DNA of 63,992 nt, filler included, from Acetivibrio sp. (GTDB lineage: Bacteria; Bacillota; Clostridia; Acetivibrionales; Acetivibrionaceae): NCBI RefSeq assembly GCF_035371925.1. It is 11 parts of 11 records of this genome, joined end to end, with 100 filler letters (N's around TTAATTAATTAA, not from the genome) between each part and the next. Parts side by side here need not be neighbours in the genome. Positions count along the whole stretch, not along the records: positions 38,640 to 44,526 come from NZ_DAORXT010000131.1; positions 44,627 to 50,188 come from NZ_DAORXT010000132.1; positions 50,289 to 55,815 come from NZ_DAORXT010000133.1; 8 more parts are not named here. One strand, given 5' to 3'. Below are positions 40,902-51,156 of this stretch, one piece after another. Position 1 is the stretch's first letter; each line of letters starts with the position of its first letter. A program made the position numbers and the translations under genes. The notes under the pieces are model-generated. The model did no database searches, had not been told where the DNA came from, and was given only the letters and a program-made list of their open reading frames with translations.

Positions 40902-41549
40902 ATGAAAGTTGGAGAAATTGCATCCATCCGCCACTATTCCGGAAAAACATGGTTTAAAAGTATAGTGCTTCAAGTTGAAAAAAATATGCTCGTCGTAAAA
41001 CTCATACGGGAGTTTGCCGTGCTGAATTTTCTTGAAAATGACCCTGTTGTGTTGGGGTATGAGGAAAACGATGAAGTATTCATCTTAAGTTGTGTTGTAA
41101 CCGGAATAGATCCTGATTGCAGCTACATAAAACTAAAGATTGAGTCCGTAATGCCTCTGAAGGAGCAGAGGGAATATGAAAGGTTTCCTGTATCTTTTTA
41201 TGCAAAGATAAGATGTGAAGACTCTGACAAAATCAATATTGCCACAATCAAAAACATGAGCTTTGACGGCTTGATGATTAACACAAATGCCGACTTGCCA
41301 TTGAGAAAAAACATTGAGGTCATAATATATCCTACTTTTCAGGAAGTGAAAATAGACCAGGACGTTGACAAAACCGTTATTTCTCTGAAGTCTGATATTG
41401 TAAGAAAGGAAGCTTTTGCAAGGTACTTTGAATACGGGCTCAAGATAACAAATATTGATGCCCAGAATCAAAATCTCATAAGGCTTTATCTTCAAAGCAT
41501 AAAGGGCATGCAGGCAAAGTTTTTGAAGGATTTGAAAAACAGCCCGTAA
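40902..41549 (+). CDS. PilZ-domain c-di-GMP receptor
   Basis: QREYER (RxxxR) and NMSFDG (D/NxSxxG) motifs after an N-terminal YcgR-like beta domain. Confidence 0.85.
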   Translation: MKVGEIASIRHYSGKTWFKSIVLQVEKNMLVVKLIREFAVLNFLENDPVVLGYEENDEVFILSCVVTGIDPDCSYIKLKIESVMPLKEQREYERFPVSFYAKIRCEDSDKINIATIKNMSFDGLMINTNADLPLRKNIEVIIYPTFQEVKIDQDVDKTVISLKSDIVRKEAFARYFEYGLKITNIDAQNQNLIRLYLQSIKGMQAKFLKDLKNSP

Positions 41550-41557
41550 TCAAAGCT

Positions 41558-42712
41558 TTATTTCTTGTTGGGATTGTAAAAAAACTTGCGAATAAACGGA
41601 AGCCTGATGTGAATTGCGCTTTCCGGGCAAAGCTCCTGACAGCAATAACATCTTATGCATCTTCTGTAAGTATATTTTGGAGCCTCATTTTTGTTATTGT
41701 TATGCCAGCCCAAAGCTTTAGGCTTTACCGGACATACGTTTACACATACTCCGCACTTTATGCATTTGGACTCTATGATGAAGGGCTTTGGAACAATGGA
41801 GTTTCTCAAAAACTGAATGGCTCCGCCGGGCTTAAAGGGCTTTACAGGCTCTCTTCTTACATCAAAGTCGTAAGCTATGAAGCTTTGAAGATCATCTCCT
41901 ACGATTTCAATTTCATTTTCATCATAGGTGCCAAGGCCTGCTTCCTTTCCGGATACTATAGTGGGGACAAACTCCGGGTTTAGGTTTATCATCTTGCATA
42001 CGGTAGCGTCCAAAGCAATAGGATCCGAGGACAGAAGTATTGCATTCATTTTTTTGGGAGTTCCACCCCTGGGGCCGTTGCCTTCCATTGCCATGATTCC
42101 ATCCATGACAAAAAGGCGCGGCTTCAGATATACATTAATATCCACGAGCATTTTGGCAAAGTCTGTAATGCTGGGAATTCGAACATGAAATTCTCCTTTT
42201 AAAGGCCCGGGTATGCATCCAAACTGATTTTTCACACATCCTGTCATTCTCGCAAATCCATGGGTTTTCAATTTGGGCAGGCTGATTATGCCGTCGCAGT
42301 CTAAAACACCGTTGGCTATTATAAACTTTTTGTTTTGAACTGCATTTTCAAAGAAAACTTCCTTGCCTTCCGAAAAATCTGCAAGTTTAATCCCAAGTTC
42401 CTTTGCTGCTTGCTCTAAGCCGGATTTTCTGGCGGCAGTTATAGGTTTGTGTATGCCAGGGGAGTCACCGTATGTAAGGTTGGTTATTCCTGCTTCCATA
42501 AATATTTCAGCCACGGCTTTAAATACGGAAGGATGCGTTGTGGCGCATTTTTCGGGAGGATCTGCCGAAACAAGATTGGGCTTTAAGAGTATTTTTTCAT
42601 CGGGTGCTGCAAATTTATGTGGACCTCCAATAAGGTCAAGCCCTCTTTTTATGGCTGATTTAACTGTGTTGTAATCATAGCTTTCACATCGGATTAATGC
42701 CACTTTTGACAT
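41558..42712 (-). CDS. DUF362 protein with C-terminal 2x[4Fe-4S] ferredoxin
   Basis: ILLKPNLV, PKLKTH, GCVKNQFG; CIKCGVCVNVCP and CIRCYCCQELCP. Confidence 0.88.
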   Translation of the reverse strand: MSKVALIRCESYDYNTVKSAIKRGLDLIGGPHKFAAPDEKILLKPNLVSADPPEKCATTHPSVFKAVAEIFMEAGITNLTYGDSPGIHKPITAARKSGLEQAAKELGIKLADFSEGKEVFFENAVQNKKFIIANGVLDCDGIISLPKLKTHGFARMTGCVKNQFGCIPGPLKGEFHVRIPSITDFAKMLVDINVYLKPRLFVMDGIMAMEGNGPRGGTPKKMNAILLSSDPIALDATVCKMINLNPEFVPTIVSGKEAGLGTYDENEIEIVGDDLQSFIAYDFDVRREPVKPFKPGGAIQFLRNSIVPKPFIIESKCIKCGVCVNVCPVKPKALGWHNNNKNEAPKYTYRRCIRCYCCQELCPESAIHIRLPFIRKFFYNPNKK

Positions 42713-42899
42713 TATTGTTAACCACCTCTTATTTTTCTTTTACAGTCTATACTAGCATATATCAATAAAATTTTAAAGGGAAATGTGAAAAAGCAGGAAA
42801 GAAAACAAGCAGTGTCAAAAGGTGCTGATAAAATGTGGGTACATAGACGGGTTTTCATAACGGTTCATCTTTTACACTGCTTGCTTTAAATTTTTGATA

Positions 42900-43064
42900 T
42901 TATTTCTTGCCTGACTTCTTGCCTGTTTTTTTATCCTGCTTTAACTCTTCATATTTAGGCGCAATGTTTTCTCCCAACTGGTCGTTTGCAAATTCATATT
43001 TCCCGGATGCGTCCTTGATATTTTTTTCATTGGCCTTTTTTTGCTTGTTTTTGTTTTTAGACAT
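42900..43064 (-). CDS. 54-aa Lys-rich small protein (absent from ORF track)
   Basis: AGGAGGTG RBS, ATG, open frame MSKNKNKQKKANEKNIKDASGKYEFANDQLGENIAPKYEELKQDKKTGKKSGKK, hairpin downstream. Confidence 0.7.
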   Translation of the reverse strand: MSKNKNKQKKANEKNIKDASGKYEFANDQLGENIAPKYEELKQDKKTGKKSGKK

Positions 43065-43278
43065 AATTTCACCTCCTGATTTTAGTTTTCCAGATTAAAA
43101 AAAAGTAATGCAGAAAAGTGGAAATGTAAAATCAAACCAGATATAAGAGCAGAAGATATAAGAGTTGTATTAATGGAATTAAAGTACTATAATAATGTTA
43201 AAGCAATATACCTGTAAATTGAAATAAATATTTCGTCGATTATATAAACACCAATTATGTATTAAAACAAAGAACTGG

Positions 43279-44526
43279 ATGAGGTTGGATATGTATAAAA
43301 AAATCTTGGCACAAATTCAATGCTTGATGGTAGTTGTATTAATTTTATTATCCTTTGAAGGTTTTGCTTTCGGAGCTCAAGAAGCTCCTGAAATCATGGC
43401 TCCTTCTGCTATTTTGATGGAATTGCAGAGAGGGCAAATACTCTATAAAAAAAATCCGGAAGAGAAGCTTCATATTTCGTCTGCAAATAAAATTATGACC
43501 GGCCTTATTGCTTTGGAGAAAATGCAAAACCAGCTGAACACAAGTATTACCGTCAGCAAAAAGGCGGTTTCTGTTGAAGGTGCTGTGTTGAATCTTGAGG
43601 TTGGGGGCAAGTATCCGGTTGAAGATTTGATATATTCGGTTTTGTTGGGCTCGGCCAATGACAGTGCCAATGTTTTGGCAGAGTATATTGGCGGAGATGA
43701 GCAGGGGTTTGTTGAGCTTATGAATAAGAAGGCCAAAGAGCTTGAAATGAAGGATACTTATTTTACAAATCCAACAGGTTTGTATGATGAGAATCAATAT
43801 ACAACAGCGTATGACCTGGCTGTTTTGATAAGATATGCCGTAACAAAATCCAACACCTTCAATGAGATTTTTTCATCCAAGGCCAGACCTTGGGTGGACG
43901 GAAGGCAGATTTTGATAAACAGTAACGAGTTGTTCTGGAGCTATGATGGTGTTGACGGGGGAAAGACTGGGTATAACGAGAAGGAACGTCAAACTGCAAT
44001 TACCACGGCTACAAGAAACGGACAAAGGCTTGTTTGCATAGTGCTCGATTCGCCGGAAGAAAGCCTGTATGATGATTCGGTAAAGCTTTTGGATTACGGA
44101 TTTTCAAATTTTAGGACAGGCATTTTGGTATCGATGGGACAGCCCTTAAAGAGAGTTGCTGTGGGTGATAAAAGTGTGGATTTGGTTAGCATAGGTGACT
44201 ATTATTATACCTATCCTGTTGGAGAAAACTATATAAAAGATATTGAATTTAAAGTTGCCGAAAACTTTGATCCTCCCGTACTCAAAAGTGATGTTTTGGG
44301 TATTGCAAAGTATATTCTTGAGGATGGGACAGTTATTGAAGTAAGTCTTCATCCGGCAGTTGACGTTTATTCTTCGGTGGGCTGGTTTGAGTCATTGCTA
44401 AATCAAGTCAAAGAATACAGGGATATAACCGTATTATTGTGTATTCTTTTTGCAATAGAAGTGTTCATTATTATTTATCATATAGTAAGGATGATAAAAC
44501 GGGCATTTTCAAGACTCGTTTCCCGG
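43279..44526 (+). CDS. D-alanyl-D-alanine carboxypeptidase (peptidase S11), 3' end in gap
   Basis: SANK (SxxK), SAN (SxN), KTG; signal peptide; C-terminal TM. Confidence 0.92.
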
Positions 44527-44626
44527 NNNNNNNNNNNNNNNNNNNNNNNNNNNNNNNNNNNNNNNNNNNNTTAATTAATTAANNNNNNNNNNNNNNNNNN
44601 NNNNNNNNNNNNNNNNNNNNNNNNNN
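44527..44626. other. Artificial contig linker
   Basis: N44-TTAATTAATTAA-N44. Confidence 0.99.
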
Positions 44627-45007
44627 GTAATGATAGCAACTATCATTTCCCAATCAAAGGGTTCTGCCGATACTATAATATTAAAAAGACGCATATCTCA
44701 AAAGGTTGTATACAGAGCCCTCTCAATTATCGGTCTGTGTGCGCTGCTGGTTGGCACAATAACCATTGTACTGATGGTTATTGAAGACGAACCGTTTATC
44801 GATATCCTCTTTGAAGTAACATCCGCCTTCTCCACTGTAGGTATGACCACAATAGGTACTTTTGATATGAGTATTGCAAGTAAATTCATGCTGTTAATTA
44901 CCATGTTTTTAGGAAGAGTAGGGCCGCTGTCGTTTGCTATAGCTCTTTCAGCAAAAAACAGCAAAAAGGATTTGGTTTATCCGGAAGGTAAAATCATGGT
45001 CGGGTAA
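44627..45007 (+). CDS. TrkH/KtrB potassium uptake membrane subunit, C-terminal fragment
   Basis: FEVTSAFSTVGMT, MFLGRVGPL, YPEGKIMVG. Confidence 0.9.
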   Translation, partial: VMIATIISQSKGSADTIILKRRISQKVVYRALSIIGLCALLVGTITIVLMVIEDEPFIDILFEVTSAFSTVGMTTIGTFDMSIASKFMLLITMFLGRVGPLSFAIALSAKNSKKDLVYPEGKIMVG

Positions 45008-45014
45008 TAATATC

Positions 45015-45682
45015 CTATCTTTTGCCTTTACCGATAAAGTACTCCTTCAATTCATCCTGGTCTTCTTTTGAAGAAACTGCAATAATAGAGTCATTTTCCT
45101 TTAATTCGGTAAATCCGTTGGGTATTATTACTTCTTCTCCTCGGATAACCGAGACCAGTACGCAGTCCTTGGGAATATTTATATCTTTAAGACACTTATT
45201 GCAAACCGGCGAACCTTTCGCGATGGTAATCTCGCTTAAAACCAGTCTCCCGCTTCTTAATTTCATAAGTGTCTTAATTCCCGTAAAATCCACTTCCTGC
45301 TCAATCAGCTCAGCATAATGGAAGTGCTGCTTACAGCAAGATCTACGCCTAATTTTTGAAAAATTTCTATATTTTTGGGATTATTAACTCTGGATATAGT
45401 TCTTTTTACACCAAAGTTTCTCTTTGCAAGCTGGCAAGCAATAAGATTGTCCTCATCCTTGCCGGTAACTGCAATAAAAACATCCGCTTTTTCAAGCTCC
45501 ACTTCCGAAAGTATTTCAAGGTCCGTACCGTCACCATTTATTACAGGAATGTGAAGTTCATTTGCAACCTTAATACAAACATCCTCTTGCGGCTCGATAA
45601 TCGCTATTCTATGCTTATAGGGAAGAAGAGTCTTAACCAGATAGTATCCTATCTTTCCGCCCCCTGCAATAACAATATACAT
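45015..45682 (-). pseudogene. TrkA/KtrA RCK regulator split by a 1-bp frameshift
   Basis: GGGKIG Rossmann start; ATTATGCTGAG needs one T to read IIAELIEQEVDFTG into the RCK_C ORF. Confidence 0.8.
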
Positions 45683-45706
45683 AAAAACAAACCTCCAACA
45701 ATTATA

Positions 45707-46342
45707 TTAATTTTTTCTGCTTTGAACCTTACCGGATTTGCTGGCTATCACCAGAACATCATCCTTATTTAAAATCATTTCCGGATCGGGAAAATTAAAT
45801 TCACCGTCTCTTATGACACCAAAAAGGTGAAAGTCCCGGCTAGGCTTTAATGCCCCCAGCTTTTTGCCGGCATCTCCGTTTTGAACCTTCTTATGACTGA
45901 ATACAATGGCTGTGTTTGCTATGGTATGAATGGATGTTTCTCTTTCGCAGAGTACCATTGAGCGTATTAAATCAACAGTAATTTCGGTGGGACATATGGT
46001 TTCAAGACCGAACTGATGAAACACATGCTCCCGCGCAGGGTTGTAAATCCTCGCCACCACTCTGGGGACATTGAAAATCTCCTTTGCCATCTGTGAAACC
46101 ATTATGTTTGTATTATCATCCGGAGTAACCGCTGCAACAACATCGGCTGTTTGAATTCCAGCCTTCTTTAAAATATCCTGATCAATGGGAACTCCGGTAA
46201 CGGTTAATCCTCCAAAATCAGGATCCAAAAGCTTGAATGAGTCAGGAGCGTTGTCAATAATAACCACATCATGTCCTTCCTCGGACAAAACCTGGGCAAA
46301 TCTTGAACCAACCTTGCCACAGCCAACTACAATTACAAACAT
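45707..46342 (-). CDS. TrkA-family potassium uptake regulator
   Basis: VVGCGKVG, AVTPDDNTN, VVARIYNP. Confidence 0.9.
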   Translation of the reverse strand: MFVIVVGCGKVGSRFAQVLSEEGHDVVIIDNAPDSFKLLDPDFGGLTVTGVPIDQDILKKAGIQTADVVAAVTPDDNTNIMVSQMAKEIFNVPRVVARIYNPAREHVFHQFGLETICPTEITVDLIRSMVLCERETSIHTIANTAIVFSHKKVQNGDAGKKLGALKPSRDFHLFGVIRDGEFNFPDPEMILNKDDVLVIASKSGKVQSRKN

Positions 46343-46622
46343 ATTTATCCTCCTGAACGTACCAGCAATTAATATATGCCATTTATTCTATATCATGTGA
46401 GCATTTTTTGCACATTATTATTTTGGTGAATTTTGTTCAAATTTCTGCCTTTATAGGATGATTGTATGCAAATATTTCGATATTCCTTATATTACATAAT
46501 TATTACTAAATTTATCGGCTATTTAAGCAAATTACTACATGGAATAGAGTTTTTGAAAAAAGAAATGCTAATAATAATGAGGAACTAAAAACAACGACAG
46601 CAAAAAATGAAAGGATGATTAT

Positions 46623-47306
46623 GTGTCTATAATTGTTTTTAGAACACTGTTTCTTTATATGATTGTTGTAATTATCATGAGAATAATGGGCAAGCGTCAA
46701 ATCGGTCAGCTACAGCCCTTTGAGCTTGTTATTGCCCTAATGATATCGGAGCTTGCCGCATTACCTATGCAAAATACCGGAATACCCCTGATAAACGGCA
46801 TAATTCCCATACTTACACTGTTATTCGCCCAAGTAACCCTGTCCCTTATAGGGTTAAAAAGCACCAAGGCAAGAGCAATAATTTGCGGAAGGCCCAGCAT
46901 TTTAATCCAAAACGGTAAAATAAATGAACAACAGCTAAAAAAAGAGATGTATACCATAAATGACCTTTTAGAGCAGCTAAGAATCAAAAATATACACAAT
47001 ATAGCCGATGTTGAGTTTGCCATTCTTGAAACCAACGGGCAGCTGAGCGTAATACCTAAATCACAGAAAAGACCTTTAAGTCCTGAAGACCTTAATGTAC
47101 CTACAAAATATGAGGGTCTGTCGCTGGACATTATTATTGACGGTGAGATAAGCCAGGAGAACCTCAAATTGGCAAACCTCGACGTAAACTGGCTAAATAA
47201 CACACTTTCCAAATTTGGAATAAATAATCCCAAAGACGTGCTTTTTGCAAGTCTTGACTCGGAAGGCAACCTCTATTATCAGGTTAAGGAAAGGAGAAAT
47301 AAATAA
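46623..47306 (+). CDS. DUF421 (YetF-like) membrane protein
   Basis: MGKRQIGQLQPFELV, FAILETNGQLSV, DSEGNLY. Confidence 0.9.
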   Translation: MSIIVFRTLFLYMIVVIIMRIMGKRQIGQLQPFELVIALMISELAALPMQNTGIPLINGIIPILTLLFAQVTLSLIGLKSTKARAIICGRPSILIQNGKINEQQLKKEMYTINDLLEQLRIKNIHNIADVEFAILETNGQLSVIPKSQKRPLSPEDLNVPTKYEGLSLDIIIDGEISQENLKLANLDVNWLNNTLSKFGINNPKDVLFASLDSEGNLYYQVKERRNK

Positions 47307-47696
47307 ATGCATTTATCCAAAATATTGACAGGACTTGCTATATTGGGTACCATTATAATAGGTATATCCCTATATGCATCCTCAGTTTTCTCAAGGGATG
47401 CTCAAATCCTTGAAAACCGGATTATTGAAATTGAAGAAAGTGTAGACAAAAAAGACTGGGCATCTGCCGAAAAAAATCTTATGGCTGTCCGGGAAGAGTG
47501 GGATAAAACTGAAAAGATGTGGGCAGTCCTCATAGAGCATGCTGAAATAGACAATATCGATACATCCCTCACAAGGGTGTCGGAATATATTAAAAGCAGA
47601 GATGTCTCTATGACAATGGCAGAAATAGCAGTATTACGCAATTCTATAAGGAATATCCCGGAAAATCAATCCTTTTCCCTGAAAAATATTCTCTGA
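47307..47696 (+). CDS. DUF4363-family protein
   Basis: N-terminal TM, EHAEIDNI, FSLKNIL end; typical DUF421 partner. Confidence 0.8.
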   Translation: MHLSKILTGLAILGTIIIGISLYASSVFSRDAQILENRIIEIEESVDKKDWASAEKNLMAVREEWDKTEKMWAVLIEHAEIDNIDTSLTRVSEYIKSRDVSMTMAEIAVLRNSIRNIPENQSFSLKNIL

Positions 47697-47798
47697 CGAC
47701 CGATATCTTTCATTGTGCCGAAAGACAAAATAGAATCCGGGGCAATAAGAGCCCCTTTCTAGCTTTTTTCTTGATTTTACTTAAGCAGGTTGAATAAT

Positions 47799-48800
47799 TT
47801 ATGCCTTCATAAAAAGGGAGATTATAAACAGGGCATAAAATGCGCCTCCCATAAGCAGCGGAATGAGATTAAGCTTTCCCTTGTCCTCTATCCAAAAGTA
47901 TATTGTGGAAGCGGACAAAGTAGCCATTACGGAGCTTACTATAATGTGGGAGTTAAGCTGCCATGGTGTTGCAAGGATTCCGATTGATACCGGTATGCAG
48001 CTCTGAAATACCATTGCTCCTGTTATATTGCCCAGCGCCAAGGTATCTTTTTTCCTGGCTATCCAGATAATACTGTTGAATTTTTCCGGAAGCTCCGTTA
48101 CTATGGGGGTCACTATCAAAGACAGGATAATGGGAGTTATACCGATATAGTCCGATACATACTCTATATTTTTTACGAAAATATTGGCCCCGAAAATTAT
48201 GCCCGCTAATGAGATGCAAATTTGAAGCAAAATATTATGCATATTGTTTTTTAAGCCGAATATTTTTGCCAGATAGAGCTCATCCAAATGTCCGTGGTTT
48301 ACACTGTCCTGTCTCACCGTCAAAATAATATAATAGATGTATGTCGCCACAAGAAATGCAGAGACTATCCTTTTTATAAAACGGATATTTATAAAGGCAG
48401 TTGCCACTCCCACGCTGTAAGCAACAAGGAAAAAACTGATATCACGGCTCACGATGTCACTGTTTACATGCATGGTTATGCCCGTTCCCCTTCTTGATCT
48501 GAACAAAATGACACTGGCACCTACCACAAAAAATGCAAGGGTACTTAGCATGAAAGGCGCTCCTAAAATTGCACCAACGCCTACGTCCATTGATTCTCTG
48601 TCCTCTCCCAAGAACAGTATCGCAATAATCGGAATCATTGTTTCCGGAAGACATGTGCCTACGGCGGAAAATATACTTCCTACAACGCCATCTCCAACTC
48701 CAAGCTTTCTTCCCAGCCACTCAATACCGTTTGTAAAGAACTCACAGCTGGTTAAAATCAGAGCAAGCGCCATGAGCATTTGTGCCACATTTATCCACAT
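47799..48800 (-). CDS. Sodium:calcium antiporter (CaCA) family protein
   Basis: Alpha repeats GTCLPE and TELPE; GNITGAM. Confidence 0.88.
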   Translation of the reverse strand: MWINVAQMLMALALILTSCEFFTNGIEWLGRKLGVGDGVVGSIFSAVGTCLPETMIPIIAILFLGEDRESMDVGVGAILGAPFMLSTLAFFVVGASVILFRSRRGTGITMHVNSDIVSRDISFFLVAYSVGVATAFINIRFIKRIVSAFLVATYIYYIILTVRQDSVNHGHLDELYLAKIFGLKNNMHNILLQICISLAGIIFGANIFVKNIEYVSDYIGITPIILSLIVTPIVTELPEKFNSIIWIARKKDTLALGNITGAMVFQSCIPVSIGILATPWQLNSHIIVSSVMATLSASTIYFWIEDKGKLNLIPLLMGGAFYALFIISLFMKA

Positions 48801-49002
48801 CGCTATTCATCACTTTCATATGTAAATTAGCAAAATCGCTTCTTTGTAAGTATATTAGTTTGGTCCCGTTTTTATTAAAATTTTATTTATAAAAAAGTCT
48901 TATTTTTCAAAAACTATACTGGTATTTATATACACCGCTAATTTTTTTAATTGCTCTTGACACAACAAGTCTTTGGCTGTAAAATTATTGTTGTGCAAAT
49001 AT

Positions 49003-49079
49003 GGGCGATTAGCTCAGCTGGTTAGAGTACCACGTTGACATCGTGGGGGTCGATGGTTCGAGCCCATTATCGCCCACCA
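49003..49079 (+). tRNA. tRNA-Val(GAC)
   Basis: Full cloverleaf; CCACG-TTGACAT-CGTGG anticodon arm; GGTTCGAG T-loop; encoded CCA. Confidence 0.97.
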
Positions 49080-49080
49080 A

Positions 49081-49111
49081 AAAGGTACTGTCGTATATGA
49101 CAGTACCTTTT
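49081..49111 (+). terminator. Terminator after tRNA-Val
   Basis: AAAGGTACTGTC / GACAGTACCTTT. Confidence 0.85.
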
Positions 49112-49480
49112 CTAATTTTTAATCTAATACCCTTCTAATTTCCGGCATCTCTAATTTTGGAACATTCTTAATTTGTTCTTCTTCAAAATTTGTCCTGTAC
49201 GCTTCAGGGTCTCCAAATGAGTCAATTCCAAGATGATGCTTTGCTTTCATTTCCAATTCATCAGAATCTAAAATTTCCTTTAAAATCTGACATCTGTCAA
49301 TCCCCCATTATTTACTATATGGAACATATTGATTCGGTCCAACTCTCACAAGAATTTCACCGCCTGCCTTACTATATCTTTTTGAAAATTCTTGGATACT
49401 ATAGTCTTAGGTGAAACAATCAAAAAATCTTTGAAGTGTTCTGCAGCTTCACCAGCTGCACCTAATACATCATGATGATT

Positions 49481-49705
49481 TGATATTGTCAATATTACTT
49501 GACACATTTTTCTCGTACAATTTGTGGTTTTTGCGCTGGGATATAATGGGATGGAGAGTAGCGAAATCCCATTATATCCCAGCGCGCCGCCTCGCTCCCA
49601 TCGTTACGCTGTTTTAGCATATTGTTCCTCATAGAACTTCTTCCTCTTTACCATAGGCGGAAGCCCACCATTCGCCGAACAGATCCTGCGATTATTCCAT
49701 TTTCT
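49481..49705 (-). mobile_element. IS3-family remnant (transposase C-terminus, 20-bp hairpin, right end)
   Basis: Minus frame WNNRRICSANGGLPPMVKR..stop at 49604; perfect IR 49533-49552/49566-49585; terminal TGATATTGTCAA (TG..CA rule). Confidence 0.7.
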
Positions 49706-49742
49706 TATTTTTAGACTATTTGTTCGAGGTCTTTGTGTCAAG

Positions 49743-49934
49743 TATTATTATACAACATCAGATGAAATGTCTGATATTTCATTTATTCAAGCTTTCCATC
49801 TGCTTATGCAGGTGTTCTTAGATACAATCACAGATAAGCTCTCATTAACTTCTGAGCAGTTGGATCAATTGCTGGAAGCATTCATAGCTGCACTTCCAAA
49901 GGAACTTAAGGCTAGACTTTTACTGTCTGCATAA
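49743..49934 (+). mobile_element. DDE (IS4-like) transposase C-terminal remnant
   Basis: DEMSDISFIQAFHLL...EQLDQLLEAFIAALP resembles recalled C-termini of clostridial IS4-type transposases; no start codon context. Confidence 0.55.
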
Positions 49935-50188
49935 GAACAGGAATCATGATACTTATATAAAGCCAAATATTGAATTTTCAAGGTGCATAGAGATTATTAA
50001 TCTGCGAAGTTTAAGTTAGGATATATTAAATTTTTGGCATCAGGTCCCAAAAGAGTCTCTAAATATAGCCGATTTTGTAGTATTTTTGGATCATTAGGTC
50101 GATATTGAAGGGCAACTTCATTATGTAGATAAGCTATATAGTTTAGACTTTTATAAATATAATTACATTATATTACCTGTATAACACC

Positions 50189-50288
50189 NNNNNNNNNNNN
50201 NNNNNNNNNNNNNNNNNNNNNNNNNNNNNNNNTTAATTAATTAANNNNNNNNNNNNNNNNNNNNNNNNNNNNNNNNNNNNNNNNNNNN
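50189..50288. other. Artificial contig linker
   Basis: N44-TTAATTAATTAA-N44. Confidence 0.99.
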
Positions 50289-50341
50289 ATAATTAAAAGG
50301 ATTTTGCAGGATGGAAAAATTTGATGGGTGTCAAACAAGCG

Positions 50342-50515
50342 AGAGCACTGGAGAGAGGTCCGCTTCACGAAGCGCCGCAGATCTTCCCAGATGTTGACGA
50401 AAAATACTGGGCATTCAAAGATATCGCAGAGGGTGCCCTTGACCACAGTTACATTATAGATGAAGATAATAGAGAAATACTTAACAAATTGCTTGAGGAG
50501 CAATTGACAAACTAA
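50342..50515 (+). CDS. C-terminal SLH fragment of a cell-surface anchoring scaffoldin (OlpB-like)
   Basis: [37 protein letters not shown] is paralogous to the C-termini of the two following genes. Confidence 0.8.
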   Translation, partial: RALERGPLHEAPQIFPDVDEKYWAFKDIAEGALDHSYIIDEDNREILNKLLEEQLTN

Positions 50516-51156
50516 GATGATTTTATCCAAAGCTGTTGCGCTGAAGATTAAGTTCTTTGCGCAGCAGCTTTTTCATATAAAAATAAACCGGGACGTTGGG
50601 CCTAGATTGCCGAAAAACAAGAGATTATTTGTAAAATGACTTGAAACATTGGAAAAACTAATTTATAATTAAAGTATACAATAGATTATTAGCTTAAACA
50701 TTATATAGACTGAAATATGCTCTAAGGGTTAATGCAATCGATTTATTTTTCTTGGGGAGGAATTGTTGTGCATTGCTATGTTTAGATTCATGTCTTATCT
50801 CATTCAAAAGATTACTTTCAGAAGATTATTCAAAGATGCTCATAATGTACCAGCTTTTATTCCCGCTATTGATACAGTCTATTCACTCCAAATATAAATT
50901 TCAAAAATAAGTATTAACTGCAGACTAATTGGCTTTGTAGTCGATATTGCCATAAACAGGATATAGCTATGATAATGAAATTTTATATAACGAATTGCAT
51001 ACACCATATCATTACTATATGAGAATGAAAACAAGTGAAGGTAGTTGTCCTTCATTAAAATATAAAATAAAAATATTGTGCTTGGGGGTGTTGAGCGAAT
51101 AAATATCAAAAAAATAAAAAGAAATGTCTAAAGTATGATATCTTTGGGGGGGTTTT

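Noticed and set aside
50760..50910. Short RBS-led frame and SLH-like words (FKDAHNVPAFIPAIDTVY) between anchoring genes
   Set aside because: Too short and split across frames; similarity could be chance
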